A stretch of DNA of 64,000 bases from Octopus sinensis (GCF_006345805.1 NC_042998.1:33852001-33916000); one strand, 5' to 3'. Shown: positions 14,704-27,221, counted from the first letter of the stretch. The notes: generated by a model not told the origin, from the letters alone. Program-made: numbers and translations.

Positions 14704-15136
14704 AAGTCGGTGAGCTGGCAGAAACGTTAGCACGCCGGGCGAAATGCTTACCGGTATTTCGTCTGCCGTTACGTTCTGAGTTCAAATTCCGCCGAGGTTG
14801 AAAGACTTTGCCTTTCATCCTTTCGGGGTCGATAAATTAAGTGCCAGTTACGCACTGGGGTCGATATGATCGACTTAATCCGTTTGTCTGTCCTTGTTTG
14901 TCCTCTCTGTGTTTATCCCCTTGTGGGTAGTAAAGAAATAGGTATTTCGTCTGCCGTTATGTTCTGAGTTCAAATTCCGCCGAGGATGAAAGACTTTGCC
15001 TTTCATCCTTTCGGGGTCGATAAATTAAGTACCAGTTACGCACTGGAGTCGATGTAATCGACTTAATACCTATGTCTGTCCTTGTTTGTTCCCTCTGTGT
15101 TTAGCCCCTTGTGGGTAATAAAGAAAGGTGTATTTC
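14704..15136 (+). mobile_element. SINE family B, dimeric
   Basis: Junction aaagaaatag|gtatttc at 14941/14942. Confidence 0.9.
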
Positions 15137-15828
15137 GATTGATATCAAAATACTGAATCATAAACATCGAACTTCCTGAAATTACCACAAATATAACCTT
15201 GATTCGTTCTAGAAGTTCTTGTTAAGCGGGACCTGAACATGTCCTAAACAAACAAGACTTCATTTTTCAAACTGTATGGGTGTCAATCCTTTAATGTACC
15301 CCAGCTTCATTCATCCATACTTTTCTCTCGAACGTAAACAAAAACGCACAGAGGGAACGCCATATTTGACATGGTTTTTCGTTTTTTTAAATAAACATTG
15401 CTTTTAATCTTGTTCCGTCTGCAGACAGCTTAATGCGACAGCAAAGGAACTTAGTCTTTTCATGAACTGAACTTTATATTCGAATGGCTTTTTTTCTTTT
15501 CTTTTTTTACCTATAATGTCAATAGTTTTATTGCGAAGAATATATAAAAGAAAAGGCGACTTATCTATATAACAGTGAACATAGCGGATTTGCTTCCCCA
15601 CTCTTAAGAGATATTTTTACTGGGGCATCGCCATGAAGAATTCAAGTCGGACGAATCGACCCCAGCACTTAATTACTATCGGATCTTCCGCCGAACCGCC
15701 AAGTTATGGGGACGTAAACACACCAGTACTGGTTGTCAGGTTTGATATTAACGTACAAGTAGCTGAACACTTCACAGACACAAGTACCCTTAACGTAGTT
15801 CTCAAGGAACTACGTTGTAATGAATGGT

Positions 15829-16666
15829 GAAAATATTGCAATTAGAACCATTTTACGCTACCTGTGGAAAAAAAGAAAAAAAAAAAGAGGAAGGGCAGCG
15901 AGAAAAGAAATTAATGGTGTGGAAGGTTCCAGTAAATGTCAACGAACCTGTGGCAGAAAACTGGTTCAGATATTTCAACGAAGGTAACACCAGCCTCGAA
16001 GGCAAACCAAGGTAAGGGAGACACTTTGTTGTGGAAGATGAGGCCTTACTTGAAATGGCTGAACAACGGCCAAGCTCAAGCACTCGGACATTGTCGGCAG
16101 AACTTAATCCTTCATAAAACATCGTTAATCGACACCACTATAAGGTCGGATTTGTAAACAGACACTTTTCGAGAAGCTCTTCACGAACTGACCAATTACC
16201 AGGCTCAACGATGAGTGAATGTTTGCAGCGAATATACGATGCTTTGAAAGCCCGCTACCCGGAATTGGTCAGTCGAAGACGCGTATCTCTATAGTACGAC
16301 GATGCACCAGCGCTCGTTGCTGTTCATGTAACCAAGAGGAACTTGAGGGACTGGAAATGCTGTCTCACCATGCTTACAGTCCAGAACTTGCATCATTAGA
16401 TTACCACCTTTTCTGAGCCATGGCTCATTTTTTGCACAGACGGAAGTACAACAATGTGAACGAGGTTCAAAACGGGTGCAGGGAGTGTCTTTTTCCTCTA
16501 CACCAGCCAAAATGGTGTAAACGTGGAATTCCCCTTCTGACACAACGATGGCAACAGACCAAAGAATATGATGGAATGTATTTTAATGAATAAACACTCT
16601 TCTTATGTAATTTGTTGGAATTATAAATTAAAGCCTGAAATACGAAAAACTTTTAAGTCAACCTGG
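15829..16666 (+). pseudogene. Decayed, internally deleted mariner transposase with 3' TIR
   Basis: WFRYFNEGNTSLEGKPR*GR (HTH region), RYPELVSRRRVSL*YDDAP, HHAYSPELASLDYHLF (YSPDLAPSDYHLF motif), RW..YDGMYFNE; ends aacttttaagtcaacctgg|ta. Confidence 0.85.
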
Positions 16667-17095
16667 TATGTGTGTGCGTGTGTTTGTAAGTGTGTGTGTA
16701 TGTGTTTGTGTGTGTGTGTGTGTGTGTGTGCATAAGTGAGATGATTTTCTATATGTGCCTATGTATGTGTGTGTGTGTGTGTAAGTGTTAGCTTAAGTGT
16801 ACAAAGGAGTAACTGCTTTCCATTAGAGAAAGGAACTATGCTCATGGCCTTCGCAGGATTTGTGAGATAGACGAGAAGTAAATCTCAAAGTAGTGTGAGG
16901 AGGTTGAGCAAGACCAGCCATCTCCGAAGAACAGAGGCCGCCGAAATAACAGTTCAAATGGTAGAGCAAGGAAACAGTATGCCTACGGACTGGAACCGAT
17001 AAGTAACTGAGCGCCAATTAGCAGAATGACCTTGCTTTGGTTTCAGTCCAGGATTTCTGTGTCCACAGCAGCTGCCAATATCCCTGTATGAAAAC

Positions 17096-17688
17096 AAGGC
17101 GGCGAACTGGCAGAAGCGTTAGCATACCGGGCGAAATGCTTAGCGGTATTTCGTCTGCCGTTACGTTCTGAGTTCAAATTCCGCCGAGGTCGACTTTGTC
17201 TTTCACCCTTTCGGGGTCAATAAATTAAGTACCAGTTATGCACTGGGGTCGATGTAATCGACTTAATCCCTTTGTCTGTCCTTGTTTGTCCCCTCTGTGT
17301 TTAGCCCCTTGTGGGTAATAAAGAAATAAGAAACGTTAGCACGCCGAGCGAAATGCGTAGCCGTATTTCTTCTGCCGCTACGTTCTGAGTTCAAATTCCG
17401 CTGAGGTCGACTTTGCCTTTCATCCTTTCGAGGTCGAAAAATTAAGTACCAGTTACGCACTGGGGTCGATATAATCGACTTAATCCGTTTGTCTGTCCTT
17501 GTTTGTCCCCTCTGTGTGTAGCCCCTTGTGGGTAGTAAAGAAATAGGTATTTCATCTGTCTTTATGTTCTGAGTTCAAATTCCGTCGCGAGGTCGATTAA
17601 ATAAGTACCAGTTGCGCACTGGTGTCGATCTAATCGACTGGCCCCTTCCTCCAAAATTTCAAGCCTTGTGCCTAGAGTAGAAAAGAAA
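17096..17688 (+). mobile_element. SINE family B, trimeric, ending in the long tail
   Basis: Units joined at agaaataa|gaaacgttagc (about 17330) and aaagaaatag|gtatttc (17546). Confidence 0.9.
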
Positions 17689-17789
17689 ATAATATCCATT
17701 TATGAAGACGGTACACCATCGTCGCCCCCATCTGGAGTTTGCAGTGAGTTTGTAATTGCTGTGATTTGAAAATATTTCTAGCTCTATAG

Positions 17790-18110
17790 AGGAAAACCAG
17801 TCCTTATGAAGCAGATTTGGTGATGCTGAGCATCGATGTCCACTTGAAGAGATGCTCAGTCATGATAAGATGTAGCATTTGAGGTGACTCTGAAGGTCGT
17901 AGTTTCTTGTTGTTGATGTAGAGCGATAGTGTCTTTGTGCCGTTAAAAGAGACGAGATTGGTATGGCCCAATTGAAGGCTGTTTAGAAGGCCTGTGTTCG
18001 TATAATCAGTGCGCATATGGTGTGAGGTCTCTAGGTTGCATATGCGTGAAGCTTAGACGACGAAGGTCAGGGAGGAATAGAGGGTGGTATCATCTGGGCG
18101 TTGTTTCAAT
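17790..18110 (-). pseudogene. Decayed CR1/L2-group LINE reverse-transcriptase fragment
   Basis: Reverse strand gives (P)DDTTLYSSL (YADD motif region) and LGHTNLVSFNGTKT (W...NLV.FN..KT). Confidence 0.6.
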
Positions 18111-18594
18111 ATTACGTTAATCATTTGGCTGCAGATTTTTTAGCGTAAATATTTACGTAAGACAAACTGGAATAAAATGATAGATTCACTGCACTATACG
18201 AGAGCGCGTATGTGTGTAAGTGGCGGAGGAGGGAGCATGTGCTTGCACTTACGTACGCGCTAGGATATGCATACAGTCACGCACACAAACAGTACTTGCA
18301 TATGTAAGTACACACACACTCACACTCACACACACGCGCGCGCGCACATACATATAAGCATCAGCTGAGAAAAGAAGATAGTGTGTACAATTAAGAGAAA
18401 GAGTACTCAATAGCGTTAGACAGAGGGGAACGAGTTTTCTTCAAGGCTGTGTCTTAACGGATCGCAGCTGGGTGTGTCGCGTTATTACTTCATGATCACC
18501 TGATGAAAACGGCAACGCAAACTGCGGTGGAGCATGTTTGTGAAAGATATAGCATTGAATAAGAACATTATATATGCATGTGGATGTATAGATG

Positions 18595-18637
18595 GATAGA
18601 TGGACAGACAGACAGACAGACAGACAGATAGACAGAC

Positions 18638-18721
<84 letters not shown>

Positions 18722-18722
18722 T
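18595..18722. repeat. (GACA)n(GATA)n microsatellite
   Basis: Direct reading. Confidence 0.95.
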
Positions 18723-18739
18723 GATTGTATATAAATACC

Positions 18740-18976
18740 TATTTCTTTACTACCCACAAGGGGCTAAACACAGAGAGGACAAACAAGGACAGACAAACGG
18801 ATTAAGTCGATTATATCGACCCCAGTGCGTAACTGGTACTTATTTAATCGACCCTGAAAGGATAAAAGGCAAAGTCGACCTCGGCGGAATTTGAACTCAG
18901 AACATAACGGCAGACGAAATGCCGCTAAGCATTTCGCCCTTCGCGTTAACGTTTCTGCCAGCTCGCTCGCCGCCTT
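18740..18976 (-). mobile_element. SINE family B with 15-bp target-site duplication
   Basis: ttgtatataaatacc at 18725-18739 and 18975-18989. Confidence 0.9.
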
Positions 18977-19023
18977 GTATATAAATACCACACACACAAA
19001 CCCACATACATATATATATATAT

Positions 19024-19155
19024 AGGCGGAGGCGTGGCTCTGAAGTAAGAAGCTTGCTTCCCAACCACATAATTCCTGGTTCAGTCCCACTGCGTAGCAC
19101 CTTGGGCAAGTGTCTTGTGAGTGGATTTGGTAGATGGAAACTGAATGAAGCTTGT
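19024..19155 (+). mobile_element. SINE family A, 5' half
   Basis: Head and CORE-like block. Confidence 0.8.
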
Positions 19156-19375
19156 TGTATATATTGACTATTTTCACAGTTTTCCCCTTCTATCAGTGCA
19201 AAGATACAATTTCTATACAAGAACTTTTAAATAAAGAAAATAAAATTAATCGAAAAACACAGAACACGTCTAAATATGCACGCATAACCAACTCCGACCT
19301 CTATACATATTGTAATTCACGATTACATACCCATCACTGTACATTTTCTCCCTACTACACTAATTTTTGAATATT

Positions 19376-19436
<61 letters not shown>

Positions 19437-19538
19437 CCCTGTCCACGATAATAACGATAACCAATTACCTTCCCTTATAAACTCCACACACAACAAAAAA
19501 CATTTTCTGAAGAAAATACGTAATTAAATAAATTTTAA

Positions 19539-19571
19539 TGTCATGATTAGCGAAGGCGAAACCGGTCGACA
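19539..19571 (+). ncRNA. Minimal hammerhead motif with A3/U8 core variant
   Basis: tgtc|atgatta|gc-gaag-gc|gaa|accggt|c|gaca: 4-bp stem I, 2-bp stem II, palindromic stem III, GUC site. Confidence 0.55.
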
Positions 19572-19636
19572 AATACAATATAAAATATATTAAAAAATAC
19601 ATGAAAAATATGTAAAGTGTGTGCATTTTCCTTCTT

Positions 19637-19700
<64 letters not shown>

Positions 19701-19990
19701 ATATATATATATAACACACATATACATATAGTTATATGTGAGCTACTTCAAGTTTCAGGCCCAGACAGTGTAATAATCGGCGGACGGGTTTGCATGGCGT
19801 ACTGTGCCTGACCCGTCAATCGATTGGGCTCAAATAACATGTCAATTCTGTGAGGATTTGAGGGGGAAAACGAGTAAAAAATGCGAGAAAAATGTTTAAA
19901 AAACGTTTTTTACCGTATTTTTCTCTTAATCGCTCCGTCTCTTCATGGATTGAATACTTTTTACTGACCCTGTCAACAAGCAAATAGTAC

Positions 19991-20034
<44 letters not shown>

Positions 20035-20540
20035 CGTGTGTGTGTGTCTGTGTGTGTGTGTCTCTGTGTGTGTCTGCATATATGGACGTAGATGTATTCA
20101 TATATGCGTGTATACGTAGATTCATACATACATCCATGCTACATGCATAGATTCATATATGGCTGTGAGAATAGGAGTATATGTTTGCGAGCGAGAAAAT
20201 GTTTATATGCTTAAAAATATACTTGTGTGTGCGCGCGTGTGTGTGTGTGTGTGGTGTGTGTAGAAAGAAGTAAGAAAATAAACATTGAGAACGAAACACG
20301 ACGAGGTTTACTGTCGGTAGACCATGCAAACATTTAGGGTTGTGTCGTAAATCAAAGTTCTTTTTTGTTTTCTGTCTTTTTTTATTTCTTTCAATGTAAT
20401 ACACACCTTATAAGGATTTATTTCCCCAGCTTTACGACAGGAATCCGCCTATCATATATACATACACTCGCACACTCATACAAACTCATATTTACACACA
20501 CACATATATACATATATATATACATACATAATATTATACG

Positions 20541-20572
<32 letters not shown>

Positions 20573-20794
20573 CATACGCACATACGTACATATATACATA
20601 CATATGTTTACATGCCAACATATATACATATACACACATTACGAGACAAATGCGTCCTTACATGTTAAACATTTGCGCAAACATGCTTCGTCCCCAAGAA
20701 TTCTAGGGTGAGAGCCGAATCAAGTGAGAAACTTTCCAGTGAATGGTGCAAACCTGCAGTGGTTTAATTATTAGCCCTTGCAATGATGTAAATT

Positions 20795-20864
20795 CATCGA
20801 GCGTACCTCATCGAGCGTACCATCGAGCGTACCTCATCAAGCGTACCTCATCAAGCGTACCTCA
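20795..20864. repeat. Five-copy 14-bp minisatellite (catcgagcgtacct)
   Basis: Direct reading; the last two copies carry the same g>a change. Confidence 0.9.
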
Positions 20865-20984
20865 AACTAATATATTCTCTCTATTTTTTCCTTTTTTTTT
20901 TACGAGAAATTCAAGGCAGCGCACTCGCAGAAACGTTAGCACTTTGGTCAAAATGCTTACCAGCATTTCGTTCAAGCTTATATT

Positions 20985-21165
20985 CTTTTTCTTGTTTCAG
21001 TCATTTGATTGCGGCTTTTAGTCGAAGAAATCGACCCCAGACACTACTTTTTGTAAGCCTAGTATTTATTCTATCGGTCATTTTTGCCGAACCGCTAAGT
21101 TACAGGGACGTAAACACACCAACATCGGTTGTCAAGCGATGGTGGGGACAAACACAGATACAGAA
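20985..21165 (-). mobile_element. SINE family A, 3' half
   Basis: Tail and 3' body. Confidence 0.8.
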
Positions 21166-21232
21166 ATACATATCTATATATATGTATATATATATATCTA
21201 TCTATCTATATATATATATATATATATATATA

Positions 21233-21460
21233 CTTTATTTAAAAAGCAGCAGAAATTTAACAAAAGCTGTTACTCGGAGTTTCACGTTCCCGTTCGTCGG
21301 ACAGCTTCGTCGGACAAACTGACCGACGAACGGGAACACGAAACTCCGAGTAACAGCTTTTGTTAAATTTCTGCTGCTTTTAAATAAAGCATATTACTCT
21401 ACCTCTGATATTTCAGTATTGTTTTTTCCACCTTGTTCCACATTTATGTGTTTACTCCGG
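21233..21460. mobile_element. Penelope-like terminus with inverted partial duplication
   Basis: Arms 21233-21300 and 21323-21389 are reverse complements, each carries a hammerhead motif, and (TA)n flanks both sides. Confidence 0.65.
21265..21306 (-). ncRNA. Minimal type-I hammerhead ribozyme motif, all helices intact
   Basis: agctgt|ccgacga|acg-ggaa-cgt|gaa|actc-c-gagt|a|acagct: 6-bp stem I, GNRA-capped stem II, near-palindromic stem III, GUA site. Confidence 0.75.
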
Positions 21461-21689
21461 TATATATATATATTATATAGATATATATATATATTATATA
21501 TATTATAATATTATCATACGTACTAATATACTCTCATACATACACACACACACACCCCACACCCACACCCTTATGTTGGAGTAGGTCATTCAACCCTATT
21601 ATCTCCCCTAATTTCGCTCTCGCGTCTCATGTTTGATCTTTGACTTCTGGCCGAAATCAGATCGCCATGTTGATTCGTTAGTTACTGCA

Positions 21690-21867
21690 CGCATATTTTT
21701 TCTCTCCTTCTTTCTGTTTTTTTTTTCTCTGTGTATCTTTCTGTTGAAGAGCGTAGGCTCGAAACGTTAAAGACTTGTTTTATTTATATTTCCTGAGCGC
21801 CATACTAATACAATTGTTTGTTTGTTTTTCCACCTGCCTTCGTCTTTTGTCTATTTTCATAAAGCTT

Positions 21868-21870
<3 letters not shown>
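21690..21870 (+). mobile_element. Family E-related Penelope-like terminus with hammerhead motif (21736-21773)
   Basis: tcttt|ctgttga|a|gagc-gtag-gctc|gaa|acgt|t|aaaga; core A6>U. Confidence 0.65.
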
Positions 21871-21907
<37 letters not shown>

Positions 21908-22156
21908 TATATCAGTAATGCAATACAAAGTATTGCCTTCCAGTAAAAAGTAGCCCATTTTCCGGGTGTTCATCTTTCAGATGTTCTCCCTGGAGGTAAG
22001 ACGGTTTTTTTTCTCTATTTTGTTGCACACACGCATTTTTGCTAATACATACGCGGTGAAGCTACAATTAGCGTCGTATTTTTACGTTCGCTATTTCCAG
22101 TAAATATCCGGTACTTAGTTGTGCCATTTATTTACTAATTTGTGTATTATATATAT

Positions 22157-22216
<60 letters not shown>

Positions 22217-22241
22217 GTATATATATATATGTATGTATGTA

Positions 22242-22277
<36 letters not shown>

Positions 22278-22279
22278 TG

Positions 22280-22750
22280 TTCATGTCAGGTCACTTTCGA
22301 GTGCTACTGGCAACATGTAACCCAGTACAACCTGTTGCATGGTCGGGTCGTCGGTGACTAAACCGGCAACCCCACCAAGCTTGCTTGGTGAGGAGGTTGT
22401 TTATTGGACACCCTGCAGGATGAAAAACAAAACCCGTCAAAGGGCGGAGGAACTCTTGAGAGTCAACGGCCATCCAATAAATGTCTTGAGGCTGTATCAT
22501 ACGCGGGGTCATAGAAATAATCGGACTGAATACCCGATCGCGCGGTTAAACCATTGGGAGTGAAGGACTCCTAGCCTTTGTTAGGGCATCCTTCTAGGAG
22601 AAGGTAACTCAGGTAACAGGGATAACTCCGACATAAAACCTGCGGCTCAGTGGTTACCGATGATGTTGACTTGTTCTTCTTTTCGGATTATGGCTGCTGT
22701 TGCTTAGTGAGTGGGATTGACTCAGAGCACAGCCTTTCCTCACTTTAAAA
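22280..22750 (+). mobile_element. Possible 5'-UTR fragment of an RTE-type LINE
   Basis: GC-richer island containing agggcatccttctaggagaaggtaactc, recalled as similar to RTE 5'-UTR motifs. No ORF, and only one copy in the window. Confidence 0.3.
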
Positions 22751-22845
22751 AAAATCTTCTTGCACAGGCATTGCACGATAACAACATTGATTAAGCTTCG
22801 TGCAATGGCCATACTCGATAACGATATGTATATTATATATATATG

Positions 22846-22919
<74 letters not shown>

Positions 22920-23125
22920 TATATATTATATATATTATTTATATTATATATATATATGTATATTATATAATATGTTATAATAATAATATATATTATATGT
23001 AGAAAAATACAACTTGGACAAGAACGTAAAACATTTAGAAGACGATACAAAAAACACGGACGGGACATTCGAAGCCTTCAATCTTCAGTCAAGAACCGGA
23101 TCATCCTAGCAATTTCGGCTATTAT

Positions 23126-23224
<99 letters not shown>

Positions 23225-23231
23225 TATTATA

Positions 23232-23695
23232 TTTGAAAATGTAGAGGTAACACACGAGTAAGTAGATATCTATGAAAAAGAAGAAATGCTCCTTTTTTAA
23301 AATTAGGTACATTTAAATTTCTTTATATAATTACATTTAAAACATAATTTTGTTTTACATGTTTCGGTTGTTTATAAACCTCATCAAAAATATGTACTTA
23401 AATGAAATATGTAGAGAAAAAAGATTATTAATGAAATAAACGTTCATAATGTACTTTTCGATTTCCTGTAAGAGCACGTGGTAATTTCCATTAATTTTCG
23501 TGGCATTGCTAGTAGTAATTTCAGCTGTTGTCTGTGATGGTAAATTAAGTAGTGTGGTCAAAATTGTCTTCAAAAGGCATGGCCGTAGTAGGCCAATAAG
23601 CGGTTGTAGCAATGACAGTCGTCGTAAAGTTATCTCTCGTGAGGTTTTCACAGAAATAGATTTATTTAATCTCTTATCTTTATTTCTTATGAATA
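23232..23695 (-). mobile_element. Penelope-like 3' terminus with hammerhead motif at 23353-23390
   Basis: Reverse strand ttt|ttgatga|ggtt-tataaac-aacc|gaa|acatgt|a|aaa; C3>U. Confidence 0.6.
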
Positions 23696-24020
23696 ACTAG
23701 CAGTATCGCCCGGCGTTGCTCGGGTTTGTAAGGGAAGTAACTATATAAGCATTTTTAGAGAGTTATAGCCAAAAAATAGCAAAAAATGCATTAAAAAGGG
23801 AAAAAAAATTATGGTAAATTTTTTTTTAAATCGTTGACTCATCGTAGACATTTTTAGAGAGTTACTCATCGTAGACGCGCGCTAATACCCAGAAGGGCTC
23901 GATATGAATCACGACTATAAGATACCCGGTTTTGGTTAAACTGAACCGCAAAATGTGGGAGTAGTTAGGAATCTAAATCGTAGGAGACAGATACACAACT
24001 TCACTTTTATATATAAAGAT
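23696..24020 (+). mobile_element. Non-autonomous Helitron/Helentron-type element
   Basis: Runs from actagcagtatcgcccggcgttgctcgggttt to cttttatatataaagat; homologous to 5787-6094. Confidence 0.75.
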
Positions 24021-24109
24021 ATACATATAGTTTCAGTGTTCCGAGCTTAAACAATTTAGACTTGGTCGATACTTTCTTATGAAATGCCTTTCTTTGCTAA
24101 TGGGTTCCT

Positions 24110-24260
24110 GTAGTGCAAAGGGCCCAGTCTTGTTACATTCTGTGTCGAGCTGAATCTCCCTGAGAACTTCGTTAAGGGTCTCTGTGTCTGTGGAGTGCTC
24201 AGCCACTTGCACGTTAATTTCACAACGGATCGACCGGAAGCCTCGTCGTCATAACCGATG
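24110..24260 (+). mobile_element. SINE C/D shared 3' half
   Basis: gctgaatctccctgagaact..gtggagtgctcagccacttgcacgttaatttcac..cgtcgtcataaccgatgg. Confidence 0.75.
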
Positions 24261-24848
24261 GAGAGCTAATTTTTTAATATGCCGTGAAAGCCGGTTATTC
24301 GTCCTTATGTGTTCCAGGACAGAACTCGAGAAGAAGGAAATTAGAACCATATTCCGTTATCCTATCGTCTCCCTCTTTCTTTCTCATCCCCACTTCTCTC
24401 CCCCACTACCTCTCTCTCTCTCTCTCTCTCTCTCTCCACTGTTTCTCCTTCTGTCCCTCTTCTCTCTCCGCATCTATCTATCCCCTCTCTCTCATTCACA
24501 TGTCAGTCTTGATCCATATAATCCAGATTCATCCCACATTCAGACAACCAAGATGCTAAAACTTTCAGCTAAAACAAATGAGGAACTTCGAGGTTTCCAG
24601 TTTCTACAACGAATCGGCAAAACATTTGATAACCCAAGAATACATTACAGTTTATTTGCGATCGGCGCATCCGTCGACCGGAATAACTTCATCTCAAATT
24701 GCTTTTTGAAAAAAAGTAGAATGAATTACAAACGATTATATAATTTCATATTTATTTGTACTTTAACAAATATTTATTTACGATTTAAATTCTTGTAATT
24801 TCCAATGTACTTTATAATTTGTAAGTATTTATAATTTTTATCACCCAC

Positions 24849-24901
<53 letters not shown>

Positions 24902-24962
24902 ATATATATTATATGTATATATGTATATGTATATATGTATATATTATATGTATATATATATG

Positions 24963-25002
<40 letters not shown>

Positions 25003-25020
25003 TATATAATTATATATAAT

Positions 25021-25054
<34 letters not shown>

Positions 25055-25056
<2 letters not shown>

Positions 25057-25470
25057 TCTTTTACTCTTTTCTCTTTTACTTGTTTCAGTCATTTGACTGC
25101 GGCCATGCTGGAGCACTGCCTTTAGTCGAGCAAATCGACCCTGGGACTTATTCTTTGTAAGCCCAGTACTTATTCTATCGGTCTCTTTTGCCGAACCGCT
25201 AAGTAACGGGGACATAAACACACCAGCATCGGGTGTCAAGCAATGCTAAGGGGACAAACACAGCCACACAAACACACACACACACATACACATATATATA
25301 TACATATATACGACAGGCTTCTTTCAGTTTCCGTCTACCATATCCACTCACAAGGCATTGGTCGGCCCGGGGCTATAGCAGAAGACACTTGCCCAAGATG
25401 CCACCGCAGTGGGACTGAACCCGGGACCATGTGGTTGGTAAGCAAGCTACTTACCACACAGCCACTCCTG
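25055..25470 (-). mobile_element. SINE family A, full length
   Basis: Near-consensus, with tail (gagtaaaa)n. Confidence 0.9.
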
Positions 25471-25476
25471 ATATAT

Positions 25477-25598
<122 letters not shown>

Positions 25599-25754
25599 AT
25601 ATATATATTATAATATATATATATATATTATAATATATATATAATATATATTCATATATTAATCAATACAGAGGTAGCAAAAAAATTCAGCAGAAATTAT
25701 TTTGCCACCAGCGGTCTAGTGAGAAAAAAGGAAATAGTCAGAGACTATTAATAA

Positions 25755-25988
25755 ATTCAACAACAAATTAAGGAATGGCCATAATAGGCCGTTCGACCAC
25801 TAGAAGAAGCAGCCAGGGCGTCAACCGCAAATAGTAGTAATTCCGTAAACAGGAGAAAATTAACAGGGTAAATGTTTTTTAATTTTCTCCTGTTTACGGA
25901 ATTACTACTATTTGCGGTTGAAGCCCTGGCTGCTTCTTCTAGTGGGTCGAACGGCCTATTATGGCCATTCCTTAATTTGTTGTTGAAT
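25755..25988. repeat. Near-perfect inverted repeat with about 110-bp arms
   Basis: attcaacaacaaattaaggaatggcc..aggagaaaattaa is mirrored by ttaattttctcc..ggccattccttaatttgttgttgaat; spacer about 15 bp. Confidence 0.9.
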
Positions 25989-26467
25989 ATATATTCATAT
26001 ATATATGTTTATATATATAAAGTGCAGCTGGGACGGTGCTATTGAAGATGCTGGCTCGTATGGTAATGGTCTAACTTTGCTTTGAGCCAATTCTTTATTG
26101 AGCTGGGTGCCTTCCACCTCACCCTTAGCAGTAAGTCTCAAAATGAACCGCATGGAAGCCAAATGTATAACGTAGCACAAGGCTGAATCGAAGTGGGAAG
26201 CGATGAAATGGAGGAGGTAAAGGAGCACGTCTACCTAAGACTCACAGTGAATATGTGCTGCGATGTGGATGCTGATATTTTTTAAATAACTAAAAATTAT
26301 TTCTAGTAAACGCATGGTCGTGTAAGGGAATGTTTGTGTGCCGTATGCTCCAAGCATACGACACACAGACAAGTGCTTAATAAAGAACATCTTCCGCGTT
26401 CAAATCTCGCCAAAGTCAACTTTACTTTTCCTCCAGATTAGATAAAACAAGTACCAGCTCAGTTCTT

Positions 26468-26468
<1 letters not shown>

Positions 26469-26548
<80 letters not shown>

Positions 26549-26680
26549 AATCTATCTATCTATCTCTTTCTCTCTCTCTCTGTCTCTTTCTCTCTGTTTC
26601 TCTTTCTCTCCCTCTTTCTCTTTCTCCCTCCCTCCCTCTCTCTCCCTCCGTCTCTCTCTCTCTCTCCTCTCTCTCTCTCC
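26469..26680. repeat. (CT)n/(CTAT)n polypyrimidine microsatellite
   Basis: Direct reading. Confidence 0.95.
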
Positions 26681-27006
26681 GGATTGTAAATCGAGTCTTG
26701 GCATTTTGTCTTATGGCGATTCGAATCCGAAAATTGTGTTAAGGGTACATGAGTACGCAGTCACTTACACGTTAATTTCACGAGGAGAAAGTCATGGGAT
26801 CGAGCAATTGATTGTTCATCGTCGACACCAACCGAGAACCCATTACTATTCATAGCTTTCTTAAAACATCAAATTAGAAATATTGCTAACCTTCCCCGAG
26901 AGTGTCAATAGTTTCTTATTCTTAGTAACAGCATATCATTGTGAGCATCGCAAGTTCATAAAGAGCTCCTGCGTATTTACAGGGGAAGTGATTTTCTTAC
27001 AAATGA

Positions 27007-27221
27007 AATCATCATCATCATCATCATCGTTTAACGTCCGCTTTCCATGCTAGCATGGGTTGGACGGTTCAACTGGGGTCTGGCAAGCCCGAAGGCTACA
27101 CCAGGCCAGTCAGATCTGGCAGTGTTTCTACAGCTGGATGCCCTCCCTAACGCCAACCACTCCGAGAGTGTAGTGGGTGATTTTATGTGCCACCGACACA
27201 GGTGCCAGACGAGGCTGGCAG
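27007..27221 (-). mobile_element. Retroposon fragment with (GAT)n tail (RTE-type 3' end)
   Basis: Reverse strand ends ccaacccatgctagcatggaaagcggacgttaaac(gat)n: a hairpin followed by a trinucleotide tail. Confidence 0.55.

Noticed and set aside
18497-18530. cacctgatgaaaacggcaacgcaaactgcggtg as a hammerhead
   Set aside because: CUGAUGA is present, but G12 is missing and the site would be GUG; not supportable.
22300-22375. Possible HDV-like ribozyme around gggtcgtcggtgactaaaccgg
   Set aside because: The candidate P2 strands enclose only about 14 nt, too few for P3, L3, P1 and P4; it is a simple hairpin.
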